64,000 bases of DNA. Source: Pirellulales bacterium (GTDB lineage: Bacteria; Planctomycetota; Planctomycetia; Pirellulales; JALHPA01). The stretch's first letter is position 1, and each line of letters opens with the position of its first letter. Below the pieces are notes generated by a model. The model was given only the letters and a program-made list of their open reading frames with translations. It had not been told where the DNA came from and ran no database searches. The position numbers were made by a program, and so were the translations under genes. The stretch spans positions 4,803-68,802 of the forward strand of contig JANRLT010000053.1 in assembly GCA_033762255.1 (NCBI GenBank), in the 5' to 3' direction. Shown piece by piece: positions 10,437 through 17,546 of this stretch.

Positions 10437-10566
10437 CGGGTAGCCCAGGCAAAAAATCGGGTACCCAAGGAACTTGTTCCTTGGCCGCGCAGCGGTGGGA
10501 AGCATTTCTTCAAATATCTCCGCTGCGTCCATTCGGTTTCTTGTGCTGCGCACACCGGAACAAGTT
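10437..10566. repeat. 130-bp dispersed repeat, copy 1
   Basis: CGGGTAGCCCAGGCAAAAAATCGGGTACCCAAGGAACTTGTTCCTTGGCCGCGCAGCGGTGGGAAGCATTTCT...CGCACACCGGAACAAGTT. It contains the perfect hairpin CCAAGGAAC-TT-GTTCCTTGG. Confidence 0.9.
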
Positions 10567-10762
10567 TTAGAGCAACCCTCGATTGGCGGTAATTCCGCAA
10601 AAAATAAGAAAAGCTCCCCGTGCCAAACCCTTTACGAACCGATTCTCTGTTTTGGATTACTGTAACTGCTGTAGTGGCGTGTCCTTGGGGAGTTCGAGTC
10701 TGATTTGGTGGCAAAAACCGAAACAGACGGGTTACAAAACCTGCCCAGGCTAGTTAACAACG

Positions 10763-10954
10763 ATGAATTACCACGAGGAGCGGCCGCACCAGGGAATCGG
10801 GATCGAGAATGAGCTTTTGATTCGCGCCAAGCAACCCGGACGGCCGAAGACCAAGTGTGGCAACCTGCGGGACGAGGCTGTTCCGCTGAACGATATCCGC
10901 TGCAAACAGCGGTTGGGAGGGTTGCTCAAAAGTTACAGCCGACACGCGGCGTGA
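10763..10954 (+). pseudogene. 3' remnant of an integrase-core (rve, IS481/IS3-like) transposase gene
   Basis: The translation NYHEERPHQGIGIENELL...IRCKQRLGGLLKSYSRHAA matches the conserved C-terminal tail of rve-domain transposases (Y..ERPHQGLGN ... RLGGLL.YY.R.A). An in-frame TAG lies directly upstream, and no catalytic DDE region is present. Confidence 0.6.
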
Positions 10955-11056
10955 TGGACGCTGGTGGCAACCTGCAAGACGATCATCTTGGCGAAGAACA
11001 ACTGCGTATCCCGCACGCGCCGAACGGGAAAATCCGTGCTTCACTGTGCGTGTGTA

Positions 11057-11386
11057 GCGGAATGTTTGCAAATTCTTCATGGGTTGGAAGTGAGTAACGG
11101 CGTTCACGCCTCGTCGGTCTTGCGATTTGTCAGATTCGATTGCGTCATTTTTGGGGTTACACTAATTTTGGCACAGGGCAGCGGCTCTTGTGCGCGGGAA
11201 TGTTTGCAAATTCTTCATGGGTCGGCAGCGAGTAACGGCGTTCCCACCTCTTCAGGTTTACGATTTTTTAGATTCGATTGCGTCATTTTTGGGGTTGTAC
11301 TAATTTTGGCACAGGGCGCGGCGATGTTTGCAAATATTTCTGCTCCATCCAGTGGGCTTCTTGTGCTATGCACACTGGAACAAGTT
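11057..11386. repeat. Tandem repeat of about 136 bp (2 full units plus a diverged third unit related to the 130-bp repeat)
   Basis: Units start at 11057 and about 11194 (GCGG(G)AATGTTTGCAAATTCTTCATGGGT...GATTCGATTGCGTCATTTTTGGGGTT..ACTAATTTTGGCACAGGGC). A third unit (11323-11386) aligns to the distal half of the 130-bp repeat. Confidence 0.8.
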
Positions 11387-11478
11387 CCAGTGCTACCCAA
11401 TTGGTGATTAGCTGGGCTACCCGCTAGCCAATGGGCGATAAGCTGGGCTACCCGCTCAGGACGCCACCCCTACTTGAC

Positions 11479-11769
11479 TCATTTTGGCACAGGACGCCTA
11501 GCAAACGAAACTAAAAAAGTATCCTGAAGTTCCTCGCACGTGCAATTGATCAACTCAAAATGCATTAAATGATACCAATTTTCCGGATTGGGATCGCCAT
11601 GTGCTAGACTTGACCCTTTAACCCTAACCGACTTTGTAGGATTGTGAACGATAGTGAGTATCTCGCCATCCATGATGCGATCCAATCCTTCTAAATACTC
11701 TACCCGGGCTGTAGCAGTTAACCATCGTCCAGGCTTTGCCCATACGCATTTTAAAGCGGCAGTTGGCAT
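11479..11769 (-). CDS. Putative immunity protein of the adjacent toxin (family not recognised)
   Basis: A small ORF lies immediately downstream of the toxin stop (a 4-nt gap if it starts at MPTAALKCVW). The track ORF (to 11835) would overlap the toxin by 62 nt. The call rests on position only. Confidence 0.4.
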   Translation of the reverse strand: MPTAALKCVWAKPGRWLTATARVEYLEGLDRIMDGEILTIVHNPTKSVRVKGSSLAHGDPNPENWYHLMHFELINCTCEELQDTFLVSFARRPVPK

Positions 11770-11773
11770 TTGG

Positions 11774-12760
11774 TCACAATGAATCCAAAGATTGTTGAAA
11801 ACCTGTAAGTCTTCCAGTGATAATCTCGACTTCATTTTTGGAAATCCCCCAGCTGTTAGCGTTTTTGATTAGCTTCTGTGCCGCCTCGATTTCAGCAAGC
11901 AAATCAGCTTTTGGTTTACCGAACTCTTCAATCCACTTCTGATATCTGCCAGTACGACGTTGCGTATTATGAATAAACTCCTCAAAAACAGAAAATGTCG
12001 GAGCATTAGGACAAAGAATGATTTTGCCAAGTCCCTCACTACTACCTAGTGTACCAGGTCCGTTGGTTGAGAAAAGGTGCATGGCAGCATCTTCATCGTC
12101 CCAAATCTCTCCTCCACCTCCTCGCTTCTTTCCGGCATTAGATTCAAATGCCTTTTTCATCTGCTCATAGCGCCGCCTATCCATAGCTGGCAACTCGCCT
12201 TGGCCTTGACTAAGTAATCCCCTGTTTGGGACCACATCATCCGCTTTGGTCAACAATTTCTTTCCGCTTCTAACCACCCTCCCACTGACAAACGGTACAA
12301 AGCTGGCACCCGCGGTCAGCACCCGATCAAAAGTCGAGAGCTTTTCTCCGGTGCAAATGTCCACGCCGGTGATGACTTCCTGCCAATCCTTGGCGTCGCC
12401 CAGGCCCGGCACAAACCCGGCCGCGAAACTGGTCCAACCGGCCACCTCCTGCGTTTCTTGCCAGAATGCGCGGTCGCGCGCGGTCGCCCGGTTGGCGGAC
12501 TCTTGCAAGCCTTGCATGTACTCGGCGTTCTCACCATCCATGTAGGAATAGAGTAAGCCGTCGGCGGCGATCCCCTGGCCATTGTATTGCTGCCGCAGGT
12601 CGCTCCAATTGTACTCGTCCAGCAGGGCATCTTGTTGCGACTTTAGTTCCTTGTAGCGATTGAGATTTTCGATGATGTGAATTTTATTGGCGTTGTACTC
12701 CTCCATCAGGCGATTGCGGTCCGCCGCGCTCAGGCAGCAAGCGGTTTGCAATTGCAGCAT
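11774..12760 (-). CDS. Polymorphic-toxin-type protein with a pre-toxin TG (PT-TG) domain and an unassigned C-terminal module
   Basis: GFVPGLGDAKDWQEVITGVDICTGEKLSTFDRVLTAGASFVPFVSG (nt 12281-12418) fits the PT-TG domain, which precedes toxin modules. About 165 aa follow as the C-terminal module. The 264 codons upstream in the track ORF cross a repeat and the 3' end of the HemN-like gene and are treated as non-coding. Confidence 0.6.
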   Translation of the reverse strand: MLQLQTACCLSAADRNRLMEEYNANKIHIIENLNRYKELKSQQDALLDEYNWSDLRQQYNGQGIAADGLLYSYMDGENAEYMQGLQESANRATARDRAFWQETQEVAGWTSFAAGFVPGLGDAKDWQEVITGVDICTGEKLSTFDRVLTAGASFVPFVSGRVVRSGKKLLTKADDVVPNRGLLSQGQGELPAMDRRRYEQMKKAFESNAGKKRGGGGEIWDDEDAAMHLFSTNGPGTLGSSEGLGKIILCPNAPTFSVFEEFIHNTQRRTGRYQKWIEEFGKPKADLLAEIEAAQKLIKNANSWGISKNEVEIITGRLTGFQQSLDSL

Positions 12761-12837
12761 GATTTGGAGATTGCGTTCATGCCGTTCGGTGGTATACGTC
12801 ACCAAGCCCGTAATATTTCTGTCGTGCGCGATAAAAT

Positions 12838-12967
12838 CGGGTAGCCCAGGCAAAAAATCGGGTACCCAAGGAACTTGTTCCTTGGCCGCGCAGCGGTGGG
12901 AAGCATTTCTACAAATATTTCCGCTACATCCAGTGGGCTTCTTATGCTGCGCACACCGGAACAAGTT
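12838..12967. repeat. 130-bp dispersed repeat, copy 2
   Basis: Same orientation as copy 1. The first 75 nt or so are identical and the remainder is roughly 85% similar by eye. Confidence 0.9.
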
Positions 12968-13084
12968 TAGTGCCATCCGCAATTGTAGCAGGCACCGTCC
13001 CTGGTGCCGTGATATCCCTTCGCCGGTGTGCGGCTTTGTAATCCAACATGACCAGCGTTCAGGGGGTTTGCACCCCAGGCTAGA

Positions 13085-13190
13085 ATTCTTGCGCCGCTGC
13101 GCGGCTAAAGGAGAGAGGGGGGGGGTTGTGTACCCCGGGTAGTCGCTGCGCTCCAACCCGGGGCTAAGTGCTGTAACCGCTTCGCGGTAG
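13085..13190. repeat. 105-bp dispersed repeat, copy 1
   Basis: ...GCCGCTGCGCGGCTA...GTGTACCCCGGGTAGTCGCTGCGCTCCAACCCGGGGCTAAGTGCTGTAACCGCTTCGCGGT, with the hairpin CCCCGGGT...ACCCGGGG. Confidence 0.85.
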
Positions 13191-13361
13191 AAAGGCAATT
13201 GATGCAAAAACCAAATACCAGTAACCAAAAACCAATCCGGCGAGTAAAACTCGCCGCTACGGGCTGATCGGCGATTGGAACTCGCCGCTACGGGCTGATG
13301 GGCGACGGCGTCGCCACCTCCAGTTTTCTCACATCCACGCCTCCGCCCGCTTTTCGCTCCT

Positions 13362-14753
13362 CTACGTGTACCGTACTCCTTGGTGTTGGGCCTCAAAGAA
13401 CGCTGGCAGCAGACCGTCAACGCGTAGCAGGCCCGCGCGGGTGAGCCGTAAGATCGCGGTGTTTCGCGGATCAGGCCCCTCCCATTCCAAATACCCCTGC
13501 GCCGCGTAGTCCGCCCAGACGTCGGCCCATTCCTGGCGGATATCGACGCCAAATTTGGACTGAAAATAATTGGTATCCAGTTTACCCGTTTTCAGTTGCA
13601 AGATCATTTCCCGCACCAGCAACTGGTGTGGCGTGGGGGCCAAGCCACGGGCCAGTGGCAGACGTCCCTCGTTTAGGGCGCCTAGGTAGGGTCCCCATTC
13701 GGCTAGATTTTGATAATGGACATCGCTGACATGGCCAAAGCTGGCCACCCCCGTGGCTAACAAGTCGCTTCCCCGCCACAGATTATCCCGATAGCTAAAT
13801 TTGACCCCGCGGCCGCGCTTGACCAGCGTATAAGCACTGCTGATGTCGTATCCCCCGGCGGTCAACTGTTCATAGGCGTACTCCATCCATGTCCGCTTGG
13901 TTGGCCAGTCCGCCACTGGTAATTCCACCTGGTTGCCCAAAATATCCTTGGAATAAACCGTGTTAAAGGGTAACTCCAGTTGGTAAATCGTGACGCTATC
14001 CGGACTAAGCGCCAGGGTGCGGGCAATGTTATCTTGCCAGTTTTCCCAGGTCTCTCCCACCATGCCGGCAATCAGATCAATATTCACGCTGGCAAATCCG
14101 GCGTTAACGATCCAGTCCCACGATTTGTAGACCTCGGCTGATAAATGCGCTCGCCCGTTTTCCTCGAGTACCGCATCGGAAAAATTCTCCACGCCCAGGC
14201 TCAGGCGGGTAACGCCCAACTCGCGCAGGGTTTTGATTTTTGGCTCGGACAGGGTTCCCGGTTCGCATTCAAAGGTGACTTCCTCGGCCTGGTCCCAATT
14301 GATATTAGCCCGCAACCGATCAACCAGCGACGTCAGTTGCTTGCCGGATAAAAACGATGGCGTCCCCCCGCCAAAGTAGACAAACCGGAAGGGCCGTTCC
14401 CCCATGACCGGCAGACGGCTAACTAATTCGATCTCGTGGGCCAGGCCCGCCACGTAATCCTCGACCTCGTGGGAGTTTTTATCGGTGTAAACGCGAAAAT
14501 AGCAAAATTTGCACCGCTTGCGGCAAAAGGGAATATGCAAATACAGGCCCAGGGGGCGGAGCGAGTTGGCCGGCTGTGGTGCGGTGGTGACACCGTCCGG
14601 GGCGCTGGCGGTCGCCGGATTGCGGTTAGGGAGGGGCGGCGAATGGAGCGCGGCGGTGACGGCTGGCAGTTCTTCCGCCGTCCATTGGGAATACGGGGGA
14701 TAATTGCTGATAAAATAACTGCCAACTTCGGTCTTTAGTGTGGCGGTGGACAT
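13362..14753 (-). CDS. HemN-family radical SAM enzyme (oxygen-independent coproporphyrinogen III oxidase-like)
   Basis: LYLHIPFCRKRCKFCYF contains the CxxxCxxC radical SAM motif, YFGGGTPSFL is present, and the 463-aa length is typical of HemN. Confidence 0.85.
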   Translation of the reverse strand: MSTATLKTEVGSYFISNYPPYSQWTAEELPAVTAALHSPPLPNRNPATASAPDGVTTAPQPANSLRPLGLYLHIPFCRKRCKFCYFRVYTDKNSHEVEDYVAGLAHEIELVSRLPVMGERPFRFVYFGGGTPSFLSGKQLTSLVDRLRANINWDQAEEVTFECEPGTLSEPKIKTLRELGVTRLSLGVENFSDAVLEENGRAHLSAEVYKSWDWIVNAGFASVNIDLIAGMVGETWENWQDNIARTLALSPDSVTIYQLELPFNTVYSKDILGNQVELPVADWPTKRTWMEYAYEQLTAGGYDISSAYTLVKRGRGVKFSYRDNLWRGSDLLATGVASFGHVSDVHYQNLAEWGPYLGALNEGRLPLARGLAPTPHQLLVREMILQLKTGKLDTNYFQSKFGVDIRQEWADVWADYAAQGYLEWEGPDPRNTAILRLTRAGLLRVDGLLPAFFEAQHQGVRYT

Positions 14754-15046
14754 AAGTTTGTAATTAGTAAAGTTCCCGCGGGGAAACAGGAGGGCGGAGG
14801 GAGGGCGCGCGGCAGTGATAGGTTATTTTAAACAGTTTGCCCGCTGAAACCAAATGTTGTTCCACTTGACGTTTGATAGATTCATTTTTAATAAGGGAGA
14901 TTCCCGGCAAAGTTGGGGAGAATTTTTCAAATTTTGATATTACACCTGCGAAATCTTTAGCTAGGCTAAGGTAGAGGGTAGGGGCCAGCCGGGGGAAATT
15001 TTCCTCCATATTCCGGGTGTAAAAGTTCCTTGAACCCCTCCTTTGC

Positions 15047-16093
15047 TTGTCGGACACTTGCCGAGGTTTGTCCCCCGCCATCCTGCCGTTTCCCATTCCC
15101 TGTTCCCTACTATCGTACCAGTCCCGTCCGGCGGACGGGACCTACTCCCCATCCCTTACCGAGTATTCCGACGTGGCAGAAACACTTGATTGGCAAAATT
15201 TATTTACCCGCGAACCCCTAGCCGTGCAGCGGGGCGTTCCAGAATATGTGGCGGTGGATGATGACTATGCCGAAAACTTTGGCCGCCAATGGAATCTCTT
15301 TCGCGAGATACAGCTTGATTCGCTTTCCGGACAAAACGAATCCAGCACCCGCTTTTTTAATGAAACCGGCTGGCAATCCGAGTGGCTGGCCGGAAAGCTT
15401 TTGTTAGACATTGGTTGTGGCGCGGGACGCTTTGCCGAGATCGCCTGCCAGCATGGAGCGCGGGTGGTGGCGGTCGATTTATCCACCGCTGTTTACTCTT
15501 GCCAGGAAACGCTCTCGCGGTTTCCCGCCGATCAATACCGCGTCATCCGCGCCAGCCTGTTTGATCTTCCCCTGCGCCCCCAAGCGTTTGACGGCGTTTA
15601 TAGTCTGGGTGTGTTACAACACACGCCCGATCCGCTGGGGGCGGTGCGGGCGATTGCCGAATTTGTCAAACCCGGGGGAGAACTGGCAACCTGGATCTAC
15701 GAAAGCAAAGGGCGGGGTAACGCCCTGGGAAATCTCACGCCCAAGATGCTGCTTAGGCGATTTTTGATCCGGGGGTGGACTCCGGACGCGGTGCTCCGAT
15801 TTTCGCGGTGGATGGTGGCGTTGGGCTTTCCGGTGGGCTGGGGGCTGAGTTGGTTGGGACGGCCGGGGGAGTTATTATCGCATGGGCTTCCCTACGCCGC
15901 GCGGCACCACCGGGGGAGGGGTGATTTGCGGCGACAATGGCTGTACTGTTTGATGGACACCATGGACTGGTACGGACCGACGTATGATTTGCCCCAAAGC
16001 GAAGCGGACGTTAGGCAGGCGATGAGCGCGGCGGGCCTGGGGGATATCCGGCGATTGCCGGCCAAGGGAATGGCGATCGTGGGGCGGCGATAG
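15047..16093 (+). CDS. Class I SAM-dependent methyltransferase
   Basis: LLDIGCGAGRFAEIACQHGARVVAVDLS is SAM-binding motif I, and VYSLGVLQHTPDP is also present. The first 42 codons contain a palindromic repeat copy (15121-15141), so GTG 15173 (VAETLDW) is a plausible true start. Confidence 0.75.
   Translation: MSDTCRGLSPAILPFPIPCSLLSYQSRPADGTYSPSLTEYSDVAETLDWQNLFTREPLAVQRGVPEYVAVDDDYAENFGRQWNLFREIQLDSLSGQNESSTRFFNETGWQSEWLAGKLLLDIGCGAGRFAEIACQHGARVVAVDLSTAVYSCQETLSRFPADQYRVIRASLFDLPLRPQAFDGVYSLGVLQHTPDPLGAVRAIAEFVKPGGELATWIYESKGRGNALGNLTPKMLLRRFLIRGWTPDAVLRFSRWMVALGFPVGWGLSWLGRPGELLSHGLPYAARHHRGRGDLRRQWLYCLMDTMDWYGPTYDLPQSEADVRQAMSAAGLGDIRRLPAKGMAIVGRR
15121..15141. repeat. PAL-1 palindromic unit GTCCCGTCCGGCGGACGGGAC, copy 1
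   Basis: 9-bp stem GTCCCGTCC/GGACGGGAC with a 3-nt loop. It is flanked by TACCA...CTACTCC, as in copies 4 and 5. Confidence 0.9.
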
Positions 16094-16160
16094 AGGGAGG
16101 CTAAGGGAAAAATGGGGGATCGACGGTTCGTTGCCAGCGAAATACAAAGGATAAAAACGC

Positions 16161-16517
16161 ATGCTGGGCGATCTGAAAAATCCGCGTTGGATGTACTTGA
16201 AAGCAGTGCTCTTCGTCCTCATAGGCTTGATTGCGGCCACTTTATTATTACTGGAACATCCCAGTTGGTACACGGCGGGATTATTGCTAATAACGATTTG
16301 GGCATTTTGTCGGGCTTACTATTTTGCCTTCTATGTAATCGAAAAGTATATTGATCCGCGATTTCGCTTTGCGGGGTTGTGGTCGGTGCTGCGGTATTTA
16401 TTAACTGAAAGGAAAGCGGATAGTCAAGCAAAAGAGATTATTGCAAAGAATCCGGGAGTCGAGACTTCCAATAATCGGGATGTCGACGGCTATGGGCAAC
16501 CGCCAAAATTTCAATAA
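16161..16517 (+). CDS. Small integral membrane protein (2-3 TM), function unknown
   Basis: 118 aa with hydrophobic segments AVLFVLIGLIAATLLLL and AGLLLITIWAFCRAYYFAFYV. It lies just downstream of the methyltransferase on the same strand. Confidence 0.5.
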   Translation: MLGDLKNPRWMYLKAVLFVLIGLIAATLLLLEHPSWYTAGLLLITIWAFCRAYYFAFYVIEKYIDPRFRFAGLWSVLRYLLTERKADSQAKEIIAKNPGVETSNNRDVDGYGQPPKFQ

Positions 16518-16734
16518 CCTGTTGTGTATCGAAATGATAGTAGATCACATAAGGAAATTTTTGCATTCGCAACCAACGTACTCCTGCGATATCCGTAGCG
16601 GCAAGTTTTGTTAACATCAAAATTCTTTATATACATTCGCGAAATTCACTGTAAAATCGTTTACCAGTGGCATCACTAATATCTAGATAACACCGCAGGG
16701 CGGTAAGATATTCCTCCTCCGCCGCCTGATGCAA
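16438..16734 (-). pseudogene. ParE/RelE-family toxin interrupted by a single in-frame TAA (16627-16629)
   Basis: One reading frame gives (TTG)HQAAEEEYLTALRCYLDISDATGKRFYSEFRECI-TAA-RILMLTKLAATDIAGVRWLRMQKFPYVIYYHFDTQQVIEILAVAHSRRHPDYW. The FPY.I.Y....I.IL.V.H..R.P..W motif is the ParE C-terminus. The track only shows the 60-aa distal piece. Confidence 0.6.
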
Positions 16735-16735
16735 T

Positions 16736-17008
16736 CTAACCTAATTTGTGCCCATAAATCATTTGCTCGGTTTTGGTTTGCACATCTTCCCAGCTCACCG
16801 TCGCCGCTTGGCCTGATTGTAATTCTTGCAATCGCACGACGGCAGTTTGCCGCCAAGCTGATTCAATCTCAAGAGTTTCCTCCGTCGAGCGCGGCTCGTC
16901 AGACAATTCAGTGGCCAACAGGGCATCGATTAACTGCGCTCGCTGATCGGCGGGCCACGTCGCCACACAATCCAATATTTCTTGATAAGTGGGCATGTTT
17001 GCGTGCAT
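16736..17008 (-). CDS. Putative addiction-module antitoxin (CHP02574-like component)
   Basis: 90 aa: QEILDCVATWPADQRAQLIDALLATEL...ESAWRQTAVVRLQELQSGQAATVSWEDV. The L....R..L...L..S ... W..E..RR..E...G pattern is typical of this antitoxin family. It lies directly upstream of the ParE-like frame. Confidence 0.65.
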   Translation of the reverse strand: MHANMPTYQEILDCVATWPADQRAQLIDALLATELSDEPRSTEETLEIESAWRQTAVVRLQELQSGQAATVSWEDVQTKTEQMIYGHKLG

Positions 17009-17546
17009 GGGACAAATCTTTGGCTAAGTTCCTGTTCGATGCTACTTATCTTGTGGTGCAAGATATACCAGTATCATTTCAATTTTAACAGCATTCTATG
17101 AAAGCGTACGATATCTTAGCCCATCAAACTAATTAACTTGACTAGAAACTCCGCTCCCCCCCGCAAATTTTACCCATTTTCACACCAGCGCGGCTTGACG
17201 GTTTCCCCACTCCCTTGCTAAATTCCAAGTCCATAGCTGGTAACGAGTTTGGTATGCACGAGGAGCATGTGGCCCACTTCGGTGATTTTTTTGCACCGGG
17301 GTCTCATCCACTTTCCCGGCCCCCCTTATTAGATTCTCCGGAGATCTTTTTAACTGCATAATACACAATGACTTACGGTTTTTCAAAAACTCGTCCAGTT
17401 GCTGGCTACTCGATATCCGTGGGTGTCTTAGCTAGGGAACTTCGTTAGGCTTTTAAGCTCAAAAGTTTGCCACGGACGCCACGTCACACCTTTTCCTCGA
17501 CATTTTTTCACAGAAACTGATTTTCCCCCTCACAGGTAGCGCACAC

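Noticed and set aside
10164-10553. 129-aa minus-strand ORF as a confident gene
   Set aside because: Its N-terminal third is the translated 130-bp repeat. The remaining roughly 90 aa have no motif I recognise. It is mentioned only as a possible second cassette in the island finding.
11057-11386. Possible CRISPR array
   Set aside because: The units are about 136 bp, directly abutting, with no unique spacers. No short (25-40 nt) direct repeats with regular spacing occur anywhere in the window, and there are no cas genes.
10964-11407. 147-aa ORF across the tandem repeat
   Set aside because: Its sequence simply translates the 136-bp repeat units (ECLQILHG...FDCVIFGV... appears twice), and there is no independent coding signal.
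12761-13552. N-terminal 264 codons of the 592-aa track ORF (11774-13552)
   Set aside because: This part runs through the 130-bp and 105-bp repeats and several palindromic units. It overlaps the 3' end of the HemN-like gene. Its translation is Arg/Cys-rich with no protein-like character.
14764-15096. 110-aa ORF directly upstream of the HemN-like gene
   Set aside because: No recognisable motif. It lies in the divergent promoter region and overlaps the methyltransferase ORF's 5' end, so there is not enough support to call it.
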